Assembly: GCA_958433005.1 (NCBI GenBank)
Contig: CAUAWV010000007.1
Coordinates: forward strand, 6,071 to 70,070
DNA from: an uncultured Collinsella sp.
GTDB lineage: Bacteria > Actinomycetota > Coriobacteriia > Coriobacteriales > Coriobacteriaceae
DNA length: 64,000 nt
Reading direction: 5' to 3'
The notes under the pieces are model-generated. The model made no database searches. It was not told the DNA's origin and saw only the letters and a program-made list of their open reading frames with translations. Of the stretch, positions 1-9,215 are shown piece after piece. The position numbers and the translations under genes were made by a program. Position 1 is the stretch's first letter. Each line of letters begins with the position of its first letter.

Positions 1-56
1 ATACCGGCGGGTATACCTATGGCTTTGACGAGCGCGGTACGGATGGGGACCGCTAT

Positions 57-1010
57 GTGGTGATTGCATCAGCCTCGGGTGATGCCAAGGGCGGCGCGCG
101 TTGGCTTGATAGCGCTCAAATGGTAGAGGCGTCGTCTGTCGCGTTGCGGGATGAGCAGGGGCCCTTGACCTCTCTGGCTTCCTTTTTGGGCGACATCGAC
201 TATCGCCCGTTTTGGGTGTCCGTTAAAACGAGCGGCCTTGCCCTGCTGATCTCCTTTGCGCTGGGCCTGTTCGCCGCGTGGAAGACTATGGGTACCTCGA
301 GCCGCATCAAGGGCCTGCTCGATTCGGTCTTTACGATTCCTATGGTGCTGCCGCCCACGGTCTGCGGCTTTCTGCTTCTCATGCTGTTTGGCCGCTCGAC
401 CGGGGTGGGCCAGTGGCTCATCGCACACGGCATCTCGATCGTCTTTACGTGGCCTGCGGCGGTCATTTCGGCCGTCGTTGTGTCGTTTCCGCTGGTCTAC
501 CGCACGGCGCTCGGAGCCTTCGAGAGCCTCGACACGCAGATGCTCGACGCCGCGCGAACCCTGGGATGGTCCGAGCGTCGCATCTTTACCAAGCTTATGA
601 TGCCGCTTGGCTGGCCCTCGATTGCCGCCGGCACGGTGCTCGCCTTTGCCCGCGCGATGGGCGAGTTCGGTTGCACCCTGTTCTTTGCGGGCAACTACGC
701 TGGCATTACCCAGACCATCCCCATCGCCATCTACTTTGAGTGGATGGGCGGCAACACGTCGGTGGCGCTCTTTTGGGTCATCGTCGTAATCGTGTTCAGC
801 TTCCTGGTCATTCTGTTCATCAATATGTACACGGCGCATTCGCAAAAGTACCGTGAGCGCGGCCTGTCCCGCGCGGAGCGCAAGCAGGCCAAGCAGCTGG
901 GCGGCCAGACCGATTCGCTCGACCCAGTCGGCGGCGATGCACTGCGTATCGATCGCGAGGCGCTGGCCGAGCTTATGCGCGATGACGCGGTGCCGCAGGG
1001 AGGTCGATAA
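57..1010 (+). CDS. modB: Molybdate ABC transporter permease ModB. The start may be internal at ATG 120. Frame +3 is open from the window edge, and residues upstream of 120 look like the C-terminus of a substrate-binding protein.
   Basis: Multi-TM protein with the ABC-permease EAA-like loop 'ARTLGWSERRIFTKLMMPLGWPSIAAG'. The N-terminal stretch 'LTSLASFLGDIDYRPFWVSVKTSGLALLISFALGLFAAW...IPMVLPPTVCGFLLL' is typical of ModB. modC lies immediately downstream. Confidence 0.8.
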   Translation: MVIASASGDAKGGARWLDSAQMVEASSVALRDEQGPLTSLASFLGDIDYRPFWVSVKTSGLALLISFALGLFAAWKTMGTSSRIKGLLDSVFTIPMVLPPTVCGFLLLMLFGRSTGVGQWLIAHGISIVFTWPAAVISAVVVSFPLVYRTALGAFESLDTQMLDAARTLGWSERRIFTKLMMPLGWPSIAAGTVLAFARAMGEFGCTLFFAGNYAGITQTIPIAIYFEWMGGNTSVALFWVIVVIVFSFLVILFINMYTAHSQKYRERGLSRAERKQAKQLGGQTDSLDPVGGDALRIDREALAELMRDDAVPQGGR

Positions 1011-1013
1011 GCT

Positions 1014-2084
1014 ATGTCGCTCGTTCTGGATATCAAAAAACGCTACCCCGGGTTTATGCTCGATATGCAGCTTGAGGCCGGCGAGGAGCGCGTGGCGCTG
1101 CTGGGCGCCTCGGGTTGTGGCAAGAGCTGCACCTTGCGTTGCATTGCCGGCGTGGAGACGCCCGACGAGGGCGAGATCGTCGTCAACGGCGTGACCTTCT
1201 TTGACTCGGCGGCGGGTATCAACCTGTCGCCCCAGGAGCGCAAGTGTGCCCTGCTGTTCCAAAACTATCAGCTGTTCCCTAATATGACGGTGGCCGATAA
1301 CGTGTGCGCCGGCGTTGAGGGTGCAGGTGACGCCGCAGCGCGCAGACAACTTGCCGAGCGCTACCTGGGCATCTTTGGACTGGCCGACTTTGCCGACCGT
1401 TATCCCGCGCGCCTCTCGGGCGGCCAGCAGCAGCGTGTGGCGCTTGCTCGCATGGTGGCGGCACACCCGGGCATTTTTATGTTCGATGAGCCCATGAGCG
1501 CGCTCGACGCGTATCTCAAGAGCGCGCTCGAACAGAACATGCTCGACCTGTTCGATGTGTGCAACCGTACCGTGCTCTACGTGAGCCACGACATCGACGA
1601 AGCGTGCCGCCTGTGCCGGCGCATTTGTGTGATGCACGACGGGCATATGGAGGAGATCGGCTCCGTCGAGGACGTGGTCCGCCGGCCGCAAACCTTGGCT
1701 GCGCTGCGCCTGACGGGCTGCAAGAATACGAGCCGCGCGCGCAAGATCGGCGACGAAGAAGTTGAGGCCCTCGACTGGGGCATGACCTTCAACGTGGGCC
1801 GTGAGGTTCCCGATAACGTGGCGTACCTGGGTATTCGTGCGAGCTACTTCCATGTGGACAACCGTGCTGAGCGGGGTCGCAACAGCTACGACCTGCATGT
1901 GGCCCGCGTGAGCGATTCACGTTTTGAGCGCCTGGTGCTGCTGGACGTGCCGCGCGCCGACGCGCCGACGCGCCTGCAGTGGAAGGTCAACAAAGTGCGC
2001 ATGCCTGTCGACGAGCTGCCGCAAGCAGGCGAGACGCTGCGCATGCATTTTGATGCCAGCAGGATCCATTTGGTTTGTCGATAG
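1014..2084 (+). CDS. modC: Molybdate ABC transporter ATP-binding protein ModC with a C-terminal TOBE domain.
   Basis: Walker A 'GASGCGKS', ABC signature 'LSGGQQQRVALAR', Walker B 'FMFDEP'. A C-terminal extension of about 120 aa looks like a TOBE domain. The start overlaps the modB stop region. Confidence 0.85.
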   Translation: MSLVLDIKKRYPGFMLDMQLEAGEERVALLGASGCGKSCTLRCIAGVETPDEGEIVVNGVTFFDSAAGINLSPQERKCALLFQNYQLFPNMTVADNVCAGVEGAGDAAARRQLAERYLGIFGLADFADRYPARLSGGQQQRVALARMVAAHPGIFMFDEPMSALDAYLKSALEQNMLDLFDVCNRTVLYVSHDIDEACRLCRRICVMHDGHMEEIGSVEDVVRRPQTLAALRLTGCKNTSRARKIGDEEVEALDWGMTFNVGREVPDNVAYLGIRASYFHVDNRAERGRNSYDLHVARVSDSRFERLVLLDVPRADAPTRLQWKVNKVRMPVDELPQAGETLRMHFDASRIHLVCR

Positions 2085-2095
2085 CGCCGGGTAAT

Positions 2096-2132
2096 GCCGT
2101 CGGGGAATATAAGCCTCGGCGGCTTTGTTTTT
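2096..2132 (+). terminator. Putative rho-independent terminator after modC.
   Basis: GC-rich imperfect inverted repeat gccgtcgggg...cctcggcggc, followed by a T-tract (tttgtttttg). Confidence 0.5.
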
Positions 2133-2515
2133 GCCGTTCGCCGAATGAGGAATGACAAACTCTTATCAATCAAGATAATTATTTATTAAACGAAGGCACA
2201 CGACGCTGTCGTACGAATGTCAACGGTGTTCGCATGGTCGATGACCGTTGGTATAGTTGACCTCAACTTGTAAAGGAAGGTGCGCACATGCCGCAGACGA
2301 CATACATTCGCCGCGTTGCCGCGCGTGCCCTATATATGGCTCGGAGCCGCATATGAGCAGGTATGTTCACGGCTCCGGGAGAGACGACGCACAACTAAAT
2401 AATCGACCGCAAAGCAGGTTCCCTAAAATTCCGGGTTTGAGCACGGTCGGGCAATCGCCGTCCGTCGTGCATCGATACCGCTGTTATCCGTTTTTGGTTC
2501 GAGAGGGGAACCGTT

Positions 2516-3799
2516 ATGGCTGAAGAAATTGATTTCCATCCGATGTGGGAGAGCCTCGGCATGAATCTTGCCGACCACGACATGCTGCTGGGCGCCGTGG
2601 GCCAGATGTACGGCGATATGTTCCTGACGCAGAACAATCGCCCCAAGTCCACGTCCTACCTGGATTTTGTCGCCACCAACATCCACAGCGGCCGTATTAA
2701 GGAGATGCTCGACAAGAAGGAGGCCGGCGAGGCCACCAAGATCGTGGGCAGCTTCTGCGTCTACGTGCCCGAGGAGATTGTGCTCGCCTGCGACGGCATC
2801 CCCGTGGGTCTGTGCTCGGGTGCCGATTGGGCGACCGACAAGGTCGAGGAGCACTTGCCGCGCAACACTTGTCCGCTCATCAAGAGCTTTGCCGGCTTTA
2901 AGCTGGGCGAGGTCTGCCCCTACATTGAGTCGAGTGACTTGGTGGTAGGCGAGAACACCTGCGACGGCAAGAAGAAAGCCTACGAGTTCTTTGCCACGCA
3001 AAAGAACATGTACGTCATGGATATTCCCAACGTACACGACGAGTCGACGCTCGTGACCTGGAAGGCCGAGGTCAAGAAGCTCGCAGCCAAGATCGAGGAA
3101 GAGTGTGGCGTCAAGATTACGCCTGAGCGTCTGAAGGCCGCCATCCGCGCCGTCAATGAGAAGCGTCGCGCCCTGCAGCGCCTCGCTGCCACGCGCGCTG
3201 CCGACCCAGCGCCCATCAGCGGTCTCGACAGTCTGCTGACCGTTCAGGCCGCCTTTATGGACGACACGCCGCGTCTGACCGGGGCCATCAACGATATGGC
3301 GGCTGAGTGCGAGCAGCGTGTCGAGGCCGGCGAGGGCGTGGCGCCCAAGGGGACCAAGCGCATCCTGTACACCGGCACGCCCATGGCCGTGCCCAACTGG
3401 AAGCTGTTCAACCTCATCGAGAAGGCCGGCGGCGTTGTGGTAGGCGAGGAGTCCTGCACGGGTTCGCGCTATTACAAGGACCTGGTCGACGAGTCCGGTG
3501 AGACGGTTGACAAGATGCTCGATGCCATCGCCGAGCGCTACTTTAAGATCAACTGCGCCGTCTTTACGCCCAACGACCAGCGTATGAAGGACATTGTCCA
3601 GATGGCCAAGGACCTGCACGCCGACGGCATCGTCGACGTGGCCCTGCAGTTCTGCACGCTCTACGAGATGGAGTCGTTTGCCGTGGAGAAGGCCGCCGAG
3701 GAGGCAGGCATTCCATATATGCACATCACGACCGACTACGCCGGCGAGGATGCAGGCCAACTGCAAACCAGGATTGAGGCTTTCTTGGAAACCATTTAG
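2516..3799 (+). CDS. 2-hydroxyacyl-CoA dehydratase / benzoyl-CoA reductase family subunit (HgdA/HgdB/BcrC/BadD-like, PF06050 family). Substrate unknown.
   Basis: 427 aa. The conserved Cys-containing motifs 'NTCPLIKS' and 'GENTCDGKKKAYE' are shared with the paralogue downstream. An RBS-like 'gagagggga' precedes the ATG. The family assignment is from memory of the HGD-D family, not from a search. Confidence 0.7.
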   Translation: MAEEIDFHPMWESLGMNLADHDMLLGAVGQMYGDMFLTQNNRPKSTSYLDFVATNIHSGRIKEMLDKKEAGEATKIVGSFCVYVPEEIVLACDGIPVGLCSGADWATDKVEEHLPRNTCPLIKSFAGFKLGEVCPYIESSDLVVGENTCDGKKKAYEFFATQKNMYVMDIPNVHDESTLVTWKAEVKKLAAKIEEECGVKITPERLKAAIRAVNEKRRALQRLAATRAADPAPISGLDSLLTVQAAFMDDTPRLTGAINDMAAECEQRVEAGEGVAPKGTKRILYTGTPMAVPNWKLFNLIEKAGGVVVGEESCTGSRYYKDLVDESGETVDKMLDAIAERYFKINCAVFTPNDQRMKDIVQMAKDLHADGIVDVALQFCTLYEMESFAVEKAAEEAGIPYMHITTDYAGEDAGQLQTRIEAFLETI

Positions 3800-3949
3800 G
3801 ACTATTCGTCCCGGCGGCTTCCCCAGGCACTCGATCTTGCTGTTCAAACCGTCGCTTGCGTACCAAAGTACGCGACGCTCCTCTTTCACGGCAACCTCGG
3901 GCACCTGGGAAAGCCGCTTCCTTGGTTGGTTAAAAGGTTTAGGAGTTAT

Positions 3950-5113
3950 ATGTCGGAAAATATTGAGCAGCCGTTGCCCAGCACGTTTGAGGAGTTTAAC
4001 GAACAACGCAAGGCGGCGTTTATTCGCGTCAAGGATTATAAGCAGGCGGGTAATCGCCTGGTCGGCTTTTTGTGCAGCTATACGCCGCTCGAGATTATCG
4101 ATGCCGCGGGGGCTGCGAGCGTGGCTCTGTGCGGTACGTCCGATGAGGTGATTCCCGAGGCCGAGAAGGTGCTGCCGGCAAACCTGTGCCCGCTCATCAA
4201 GTCGACCTACGGTTTTGCCTACTCGCAAAAGTGCCCGTTTACGTACTTTAGCGACATGATCATCGGCGAGACCACCTGCGACGGCAAGAAGAAGATGTAC
4301 GAGCTACTCAACGAGCTCAAGCGCACGCACATTCTGCATCTTCCGCAGGGTCGCGATCGTGCCTACGAGCGTGAAGGCTGGTACGAGGAGTGCCGCCTGC
4401 TCAAGGAGGAGCTCGAGGGCTTCTACGGCATCACGATTACCGACGATGACCTGCGCGCTGCCGTCCGTCGTCGCAACCGCTTGCGTGCGGCCCAGCTCGA
4501 GATGTTTGCACTGCAGGCTAACCAGCCGGCGGCCATGAGCGGCGTCGACCTGATGAGCACCATGTTTGCCGGTACGTTCAGCTTCGACATCGAGGCCTAT
4601 ACGCAGCAGCTGGAGCAAAAGGTCGCCAAGCTGCGCGAGGCCTACGACGCGGGCGAGCGCCCGGTCGCGGTGGATGCCAAGCGCATTCTGATCACCGGCT
4701 GCCCGGTGGGCGGCGTGATCAACAAGATCGGTCGCACCATCGAGTCCAACGGCGGTGTGGTCGTGTGCATGGACGACTGCTCGGGCGAGCGCACGGCGGC
4801 CATGATGATCGACCCGGAGGCTCCCGATATCCTGCGTGCCATCGCCGACCGCTACCTGGACATCAACTGCTCGGTCATGACGCCCAACGATGGTCGTATG
4901 GAAAACACGCTGGCCATGTGCGAGAAGTATCATGTCGATGGCGTGGTAGAGAGCGTGCTACAGGCCTGCCACACCTTTAACGTGGAGAGTGCGCGCATGC
5001 AGGAGGCTGTCGAGGGCGCGGGTATTCCGTATATGAAGATTGAGACCGACTACAGCAACGGTGACATGGGCCAGATCGAGACGCGCATTGCTGCCTTTAT
5101 CGAGACCCTGTAG
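3950..5113 (+). CDS. Second, paralogous 2-hydroxyacyl-CoA dehydratase family subunit (partner of the gene at 2516).
   Basis: Paralogous motifs 'NLCPLIKS' and '[13 protein letters not shown]'. The likely start is ATG 3950 after an 'aggag' RBS; the ORF-track start at 3926 is a TTG. Operon arrangement: alpha, beta, activase. Confidence 0.7.
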   Translation: MSENIEQPLPSTFEEFNEQRKAAFIRVKDYKQAGNRLVGFLCSYTPLEIIDAAGAASVALCGTSDEVIPEAEKVLPANLCPLIKSTYGFAYSQKCPFTYFSDMIIGETTCDGKKKMYELLNELKRTHILHLPQGRDRAYEREGWYEECRLLKEELEGFYGITITDDDLRAAVRRRNRLRAAQLEMFALQANQPAAMSGVDLMSTMFAGTFSFDIEAYTQQLEQKVAKLREAYDAGERPVAVDAKRILITGCPVGGVINKIGRTIESNGGVVVCMDDCSGERTAAMMIDPEAPDILRAIADRYLDINCSVMTPNDGRMENTLAMCEKYHVDGVVESVLQACHTFNVESARMQEAVEGAGIPYMKIETDYSNGDMGQIETRIAAFIETL

Positions 5114-5121
5114 GTGACGGT

Positions 5122-5152
5122 ATGTGACAAAGGGACTGTCCCTTTGTCACAT
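5122..5152. repeat. Perfect 31-nt palindrome ATGTGACAAAGGGAC-T-GTCCCTTTGTCACAT. A near-identical copy lies at 62960..62990.
   Basis: Read directly. The arms are 15 bp and perfectly complementary. It sits 9 nt after the stop of the dehydratase beta-like gene. There is no flanking T-tract. Confidence 0.8.
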
Positions 5153-5217
5153 GTGAGGGAGGATGCCAAGGCGCCTGAACGCGCCGCTACCTTTGATGTT
5201 TAGATTGGGAGAGAGCC

Positions 5218-5982
5218 ATGATAGGGATCGGGATCGATATCGGGTCTACGGCGGCTAAGGCTGCTGTGGTCGACGGGGAGGGTTCGGTGGCGTGGACGTG
5301 CGTGCAGCCAACCGGGTTCTCCTCGGTCGATGCTTCCGAGCGGCTGCGCGAGGCACTGGCAGCGGCCGGCTATGACGTGACAGGCGACGACGTGCGCGTG
5401 ATCGCGACCGGCTACGGTCGTGTTGCCGTGCCCTATGCGCATAAGGTCGTGACCGAGATCACCTGCCACGGTACCGGTGCCGTGCGTCTGTTTGGCGACC
5501 ATGGCACCGTGATCGATGTGGGTGGTCAGGACACCAAGGTCATCCAGCTTAAAGGCGGCCGCGTGGCCAAGTTTGCCATGAACGACAAGTGCGCCGCCGG
5601 CACGGGGCGCTTTTTGGAGATCATGGCCGACCGCCTGGGCATTTCCCAGCAGCAGATGGCCGACCTGGCGCGTTCCGGCGAGCCTACCAAGATCAGCAGC
5701 ATGTGCACGGTCTTTGCCGAAAGCGAGGTCATCAGCCTGATCGGTCGCGGTGAGCCGCGCGAGAACATCGCCCGTGGCGTGATCGACAGCGTCGTGTCGC
5801 GCGTGGCGACCATGGCCGGGCAGGCGGCGGGCGCCCCGTACTATCTGACCGGTGGTCTGTGCGAGAACGCTTACGTTGTGGAGCGGTTGGGCGAGCTACT
5901 GGGGTCGCCGGTGACCACCTCGCCCCAGGCTCGCTTTGCCGGAGCGATCGGCGCGGCTGTCCGCGCCGCCGCCTTGGCCTAG
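5218..5982 (+). CDS. CoA-substrate-specific enzyme activase (HgdC/BcrA/BadF-type ATPase, the 'archerase' of 2-hydroxyacyl-CoA dehydratases).
   Basis: N-terminal ASKHA ATPase motif 'IGIDIGSTAAKAAV'. Cluster-bridging Cys motif 'KCAAGTGRFLE'. Length 254 aa, typical of HgdC. Confidence 0.8.
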   Translation: MIGIGIDIGSTAAKAAVVDGEGSVAWTCVQPTGFSSVDASERLREALAAAGYDVTGDDVRVIATGYGRVAVPYAHKVVTEITCHGTGAVRLFGDHGTVIDVGGQDTKVIQLKGGRVAKFAMNDKCAAGTGRFLEIMADRLGISQQQMADLARSGEPTKISSMCTVFAESEVISLIGRGEPRENIARGVIDSVVSRVATMAGQAAGAPYYLTGGLCENAYVVERLGELLGSPVTTSPQARFAGAIGAAVRAAALA

Positions 5983-5996
5983 GGGTGTACCGCGAC

Positions 5997-7214
5997 ATGC
6001 GCATCCTCATTATCACGGCACAAAAACCAGATAGCACCGGCAGCGGCACCTACCTTGCCGCGCTTGTGCGCGAGCAGATCGAGACGGGGCATCGCGCCGC
6101 CGTGCTTTGCGGTGCGGCGCCGGGTGATACCCAAGGCGAGCTGGACCGGCGTGCTGCCGTGTTTGCCGTACCGTTCGAGTCGCCCGAGCTGCCGTTTCCG
6201 ATCTGCGGTATGTCCGATGTCATGCCCTATCCCTCTACACGCTATCGTGACCTGACGCCCTCGATGCTCAAGGCGTTTGAGCGGGCATTTGCCGCTGCAA
6301 TCGATCGGGCGGTGGCTGAGTTTCGGCCCGATCTGGTGCTCTGCCATCACCTGTATCTGGTGACCGCATTGGCGCGCGAGTGCGTCCGGGGCGTGCCGGT
6401 TGTCGCCGTGTGCCATTCGACCGATCTGCGCCAGCTGCGTTCGCATGCGCTCGAGCGCGATCGCATCGTAAGTGCGGTTCGTCGGCTCGATGCTGTCTTT
6501 GCGCTCCATGCTGAGCAGGCTGAGCAGATTGGCCTGGTGTGCGGCGTCGATGCCGATCGCATCCACGTGATTGGGACGGGCTACGACCATCGCGTCTTCT
6601 GCCGCGACGCAAGCGCGGCGAGGCGGCCGGGATCGCTTGTGTACGTGGGCAAGATTTGCTTTAAAAAGGGCGTCGAGTCGCTGGTTCGAGCCGTGTCATT
6701 GCCGATTGACGATGACGTCCGCCCATCTGACTTGGTACTTGTGGGCGGCCGCGGGGACGATGCCGAGTACGCGCGTATCGAGCGCTTGACCGCGGCCTCG
6801 GATGTGCCGGTGTCGCTTGCGGGGCGCCTGGATAGCGATGAACTCGTGCGTGCCTACCGCAGTTCCGACGTCTTTGTGCTGCCTTCGTTTTACGAAGGTT
6901 TGCCGCTCGTGACGATCGAGGCCCTCGCGTGCGGCTGCAAAGTTGTGGCGACCGATTTGCCCGGCGTTCGTCCCTGGATGGAGGCGATGCTTCCCGGTGC
7001 TCCCGTGACGTGGGTGGCGTCGCCGCGTATGACGGATGTCGACACGCCCGTGGCGGCCGACCTTCCGTTGTTTGAGCGCGCACTGGCAGATGCTATCGCG
7101 CAGGCGCTTGCGGCTCCGCCTTCGACGTTCGAGCCGTCGGCGGTCTCTTGGGAAGCGTGCCTGGGGCGTATACTTAAAGTCGTTGATTTGTTGGAAGGGG
7201 GTTCGTATGGCTAA
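5997..7214 (+). CDS. Family GT4/GT1 glycosyltransferase.
   Basis: N-terminal 'MRILIITAQKPDSTGSGTY' and C-terminal 'VFVLPSFYEGLPLVTIEALACGCKVVATD' (E-x7-E motif). The start ATG 5997 overlaps the activase stop. The stop overlaps the selD start at 7207. Confidence 0.75.
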   Translation: MRILIITAQKPDSTGSGTYLAALVREQIETGHRAAVLCGAAPGDTQGELDRRAAVFAVPFESPELPFPICGMSDVMPYPSTRYRDLTPSMLKAFERAFAAAIDRAVAEFRPDLVLCHHLYLVTALARECVRGVPVVAVCHSTDLRQLRSHALERDRIVSAVRRLDAVFALHAEQAEQIGLVCGVDADRIHVIGTGYDHRVFCRDASAARRPGSLVYVGKICFKKGVESLVRAVSLPIDDDVRPSDLVLVGGRGDDAEYARIERLTAASDVPVSLAGRLDSDELVRAYRSSDVFVLPSFYEGLPLVTIEALACGCKVVATDLPGVRPWMEAMLPGAPVTWVASPRMTDVDTPVAADLPLFERALADAIAQALAAPPSTFEPSAVSWEACLGRILKVVDLLEGGSYG

Positions 7215-8256
7215 GGACACCATGAGGCTCACGTCCATGACGGCCGCGAGCGGTTGAGCCGCTAAGTTGGCTCCCGGAGCCCTCGCCCAGGTCCTGGGCG
7301 ACTTACCCAATGTGCATAACGACAACCTGCTCGTGGGGTTCGATACCTCCGACGATGCGAGCGTCTTTCGCGTAGGGGAGAACCTTGGCCTCGTGCAGTC
7401 CATCGACTTCTTCCCGCCGATGGTCGACGACCCGTTTCTGTTTGGCCAGATCGCCGCGGCCAACTCGCTTTCGGACATCTACGCCATGGGTGGGCGGCCG
7501 AGCCATGCCATGAACCTGCTGTGCATACCCAGCTGCCTGGGCGTTGAGGTTGCGGGGCAGATTTTGGCGGGCGGCGCCGACAAGTGCGTCGAGGCCGGCT
7601 GCGCCATCGCGGGCGGCCACACCATCAACGACGACGAGCCCAAGTACGGCCTGTCTGTGAGCGGCTTTGTCGCGCTCGACCGCATGCTCGCCAACAGCGG
7701 TGCGCACGCGGGCGATGTCCTGTTGCTGACCAAGGCGATCGGCTCTGGCATCATCACCACGGCCATTAAGGGTGAGCTCATCGGGCAGGACGAGGCCACA
7801 GCCATGTTTGACTCGATGCGCACCCTCAACGAGGCGCCGATTCGTCTGGCAGAGGGACTTGAGCTTCACGGCTGCACCGACATCACGGGCTTTGGCCTGA
7901 TCGGGCATGCGTGCGAGATGGCTGAGGGCTCGGGTGTGCAGGTTGAGCTTGCGTCGGGGGCGGTGCCGCTCTTTGACCAGGTGCTCGACATGGCGCGTCT
8001 GGGCATTATCCCCGCGGGCTCCTACCGCAACCAGGACTTCTTTGGCCCGCGCGTGGCTGCCGACGAGGACCTGGAGCCGGGCATGCTTGACGCGCTGTAC
8101 GATCCGCAGACCTCGGGTGGTTTGCTCATCGCGGCGCCCGCGTGGGATGTGGATGAGCTTGCGCGCCGTCTGCATGCCGAGGGGCGCGTTGCCGCCGCCG
8201 TCGGTCGCGTGTGCGAGCCGGTGCCAGGCGGTCCTGCCGTCCACGTTGTCCGCTAG
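7207..8256 (+). CDS. selD: Selenophosphate synthetase (selenide, water dikinase) SelD, a selenoprotein with in-frame UGA (Sec) at 7255..7257.
   Basis: Upstream of the ORF-track start (TTG 7267), the same frame reads MAKDTMRLTSMTAASG-U(TGA)-AAKLAPGALAQVLGDLP. This matches the SelD N-terminal motif RLTxYSHGAG(C/U)GCKIxPxxLxxIL. The rest of the protein is clearly SelD (AIR-synthase-related fold; 'GGHTINDDEPKYGLSVSGF', 'LLLTKAIGSGI'). A 5-bp hairpin GGCTC-CCGG-GAGCC begins 11 nt after the UGA, the usual bacterial SECIS spacing. Confidence 0.8.
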
Positions 8257-8317
8257 CCCGCACGTTTATGTAACTGTTTACCGTTCTCTAGAACGGCTCT
8301 TTCGAAAGGAATTTGCT

Positions 8318-8944
8318 ATGTCTACCAAGATTGAAGTCAATGCCATGGGCGATGCCTGCCCGCTGCCCGTCGTCAAGACGCTCAAAGCTCTGAAGCAGCT
8401 CGATGGCGAGGGCGCCGTCGTGACCTCGGTCGACAACGAGACCGCCGTCAAGAACATCTCCAAGATGGCGCAGGAGAAGGGCTGCACGGCCTCGGTCGAG
8501 AAGGTTTCTGACGCCGAGTGGCACGTGACCGTGGCGACCTCTGGCGCCGTTGCCATGGCCGATCCCGAACAGGATGGCGCTGCCTTCTGTGATGCCAGCG
8601 CCGGCAAGGGTAGGCTCGTCATTTCCGTCTACACCGACTGCATGGGCCGTGGCGACGACGAGCTGGGCCACAAGCTCATGAAGGCGTTTATCTTTGCCGT
8701 GACGCAGCAGGAGGAGCTGCCCGCGACCATGCTGTTCTACAACGGCGGCGCCAAGCTCACCGTCGAGGGCTCGCCAGTGCTCGATGACCTGAAGGGCCTG
8801 GCGGAGCAGGGTGTCGAGATTCTCACCTGCGGCACCTGCCTCGATCACTTTGGCATTAAGGATCAGCTCGCGGTGGGTGAGGTCACGAACATGTACGTGA
8901 TCGTGGAGAAGATGGAACAGGCCGTGCGCGTCGTGCGTCCGTAG
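8318..8944 (+). CDS. yedF: YedF-type selenium-metabolism protein (TusA-like sulfur/selenium carrier domain fused to a DsrE-like domain).
   Basis: TusA/SirA CPxP motif 'MGDACPLPVVKTLKAL'. At 208 aa it fits the two-domain YedF family that co-occurs with selD. The ORF-track N-terminal extension (7907..) overlaps selD and is rejected. The real start is ATG 8318. Confidence 0.7.
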   Translation: MSTKIEVNAMGDACPLPVVKTLKALKQLDGEGAVVTSVDNETAVKNISKMAQEKGCTASVEKVSDAEWHVTVATSGAVAMADPEQDGAAFCDASAGKGRLVISVYTDCMGRGDDELGHKLMKAFIFAVTQQEELPATMLFYNGGAKLTVEGSPVLDDLKGLAEQGVEILTCGTCLDHFGIKDQLAVGEVTNMYVIVEKMEQAVRVVRP

Positions 8945-8963
8945 CGTATTGGTTGGAGTTGCC

Positions 8964-9215
8964 ATGAGGGAGAAGCGCCCGGCGCTTGTCATCACGTTTC
9001 CCACCACGGCGGCCGCCATGGGTTGCGAGTCCCTGTGCGTTGAGCGTGGCCTTCCCGGGCGAACGATTCCCGTGCCCGGGGAGGTCGCTGCCGGCTGCGG
9101 CCTGGCGTGGAAGGCGTTGCCTGCCGATGAGGAGCTGCTGCGCAGCGAGCTTACCGCGGCAGGCGTTCCTACCGAGGGCTATACCGTGATTGATATGTGG
9201 GAGGTCGTGCGATGA
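8964..9215 (+). CDS. DUF3343-family small protein (putative Se/S-relay protein that often accompanies yedE/yedF).
   Basis: 'ALVITFPTTAAAMGCESLCVERGLPGRTIPVPGEVAAGCGLAW' has the DUF3343 pattern (…TPxxISxxCGLA…). ATG 8964 follows a GGAG-like RBS. Confidence 0.6.
   Translation: MREKRPALVITFPTTAAAMGCESLCVERGLPGRTIPVPGEVAAGCGLAWKALPADEELLRSELTAAGVPTEGYTVIDMWEVVR

Noticed and set aside
2423-4228. 601-aa ORF on the - strand
   Set aside because: It lies entirely antisense to the two HgdAB-like genes, has no recognisable motifs, and has Ala/Arg/Gly/Leu-rich composition typical of GC-driven antisense frames.
7907-8317. N-terminal extension of the yedF ORF
   Set aside because: It overlaps the 3' half of selD in another frame and is Arg/Cys/Ser-rich nonsense. 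The TusA-like domain starts at ATG 8318 after a stop and RBS.
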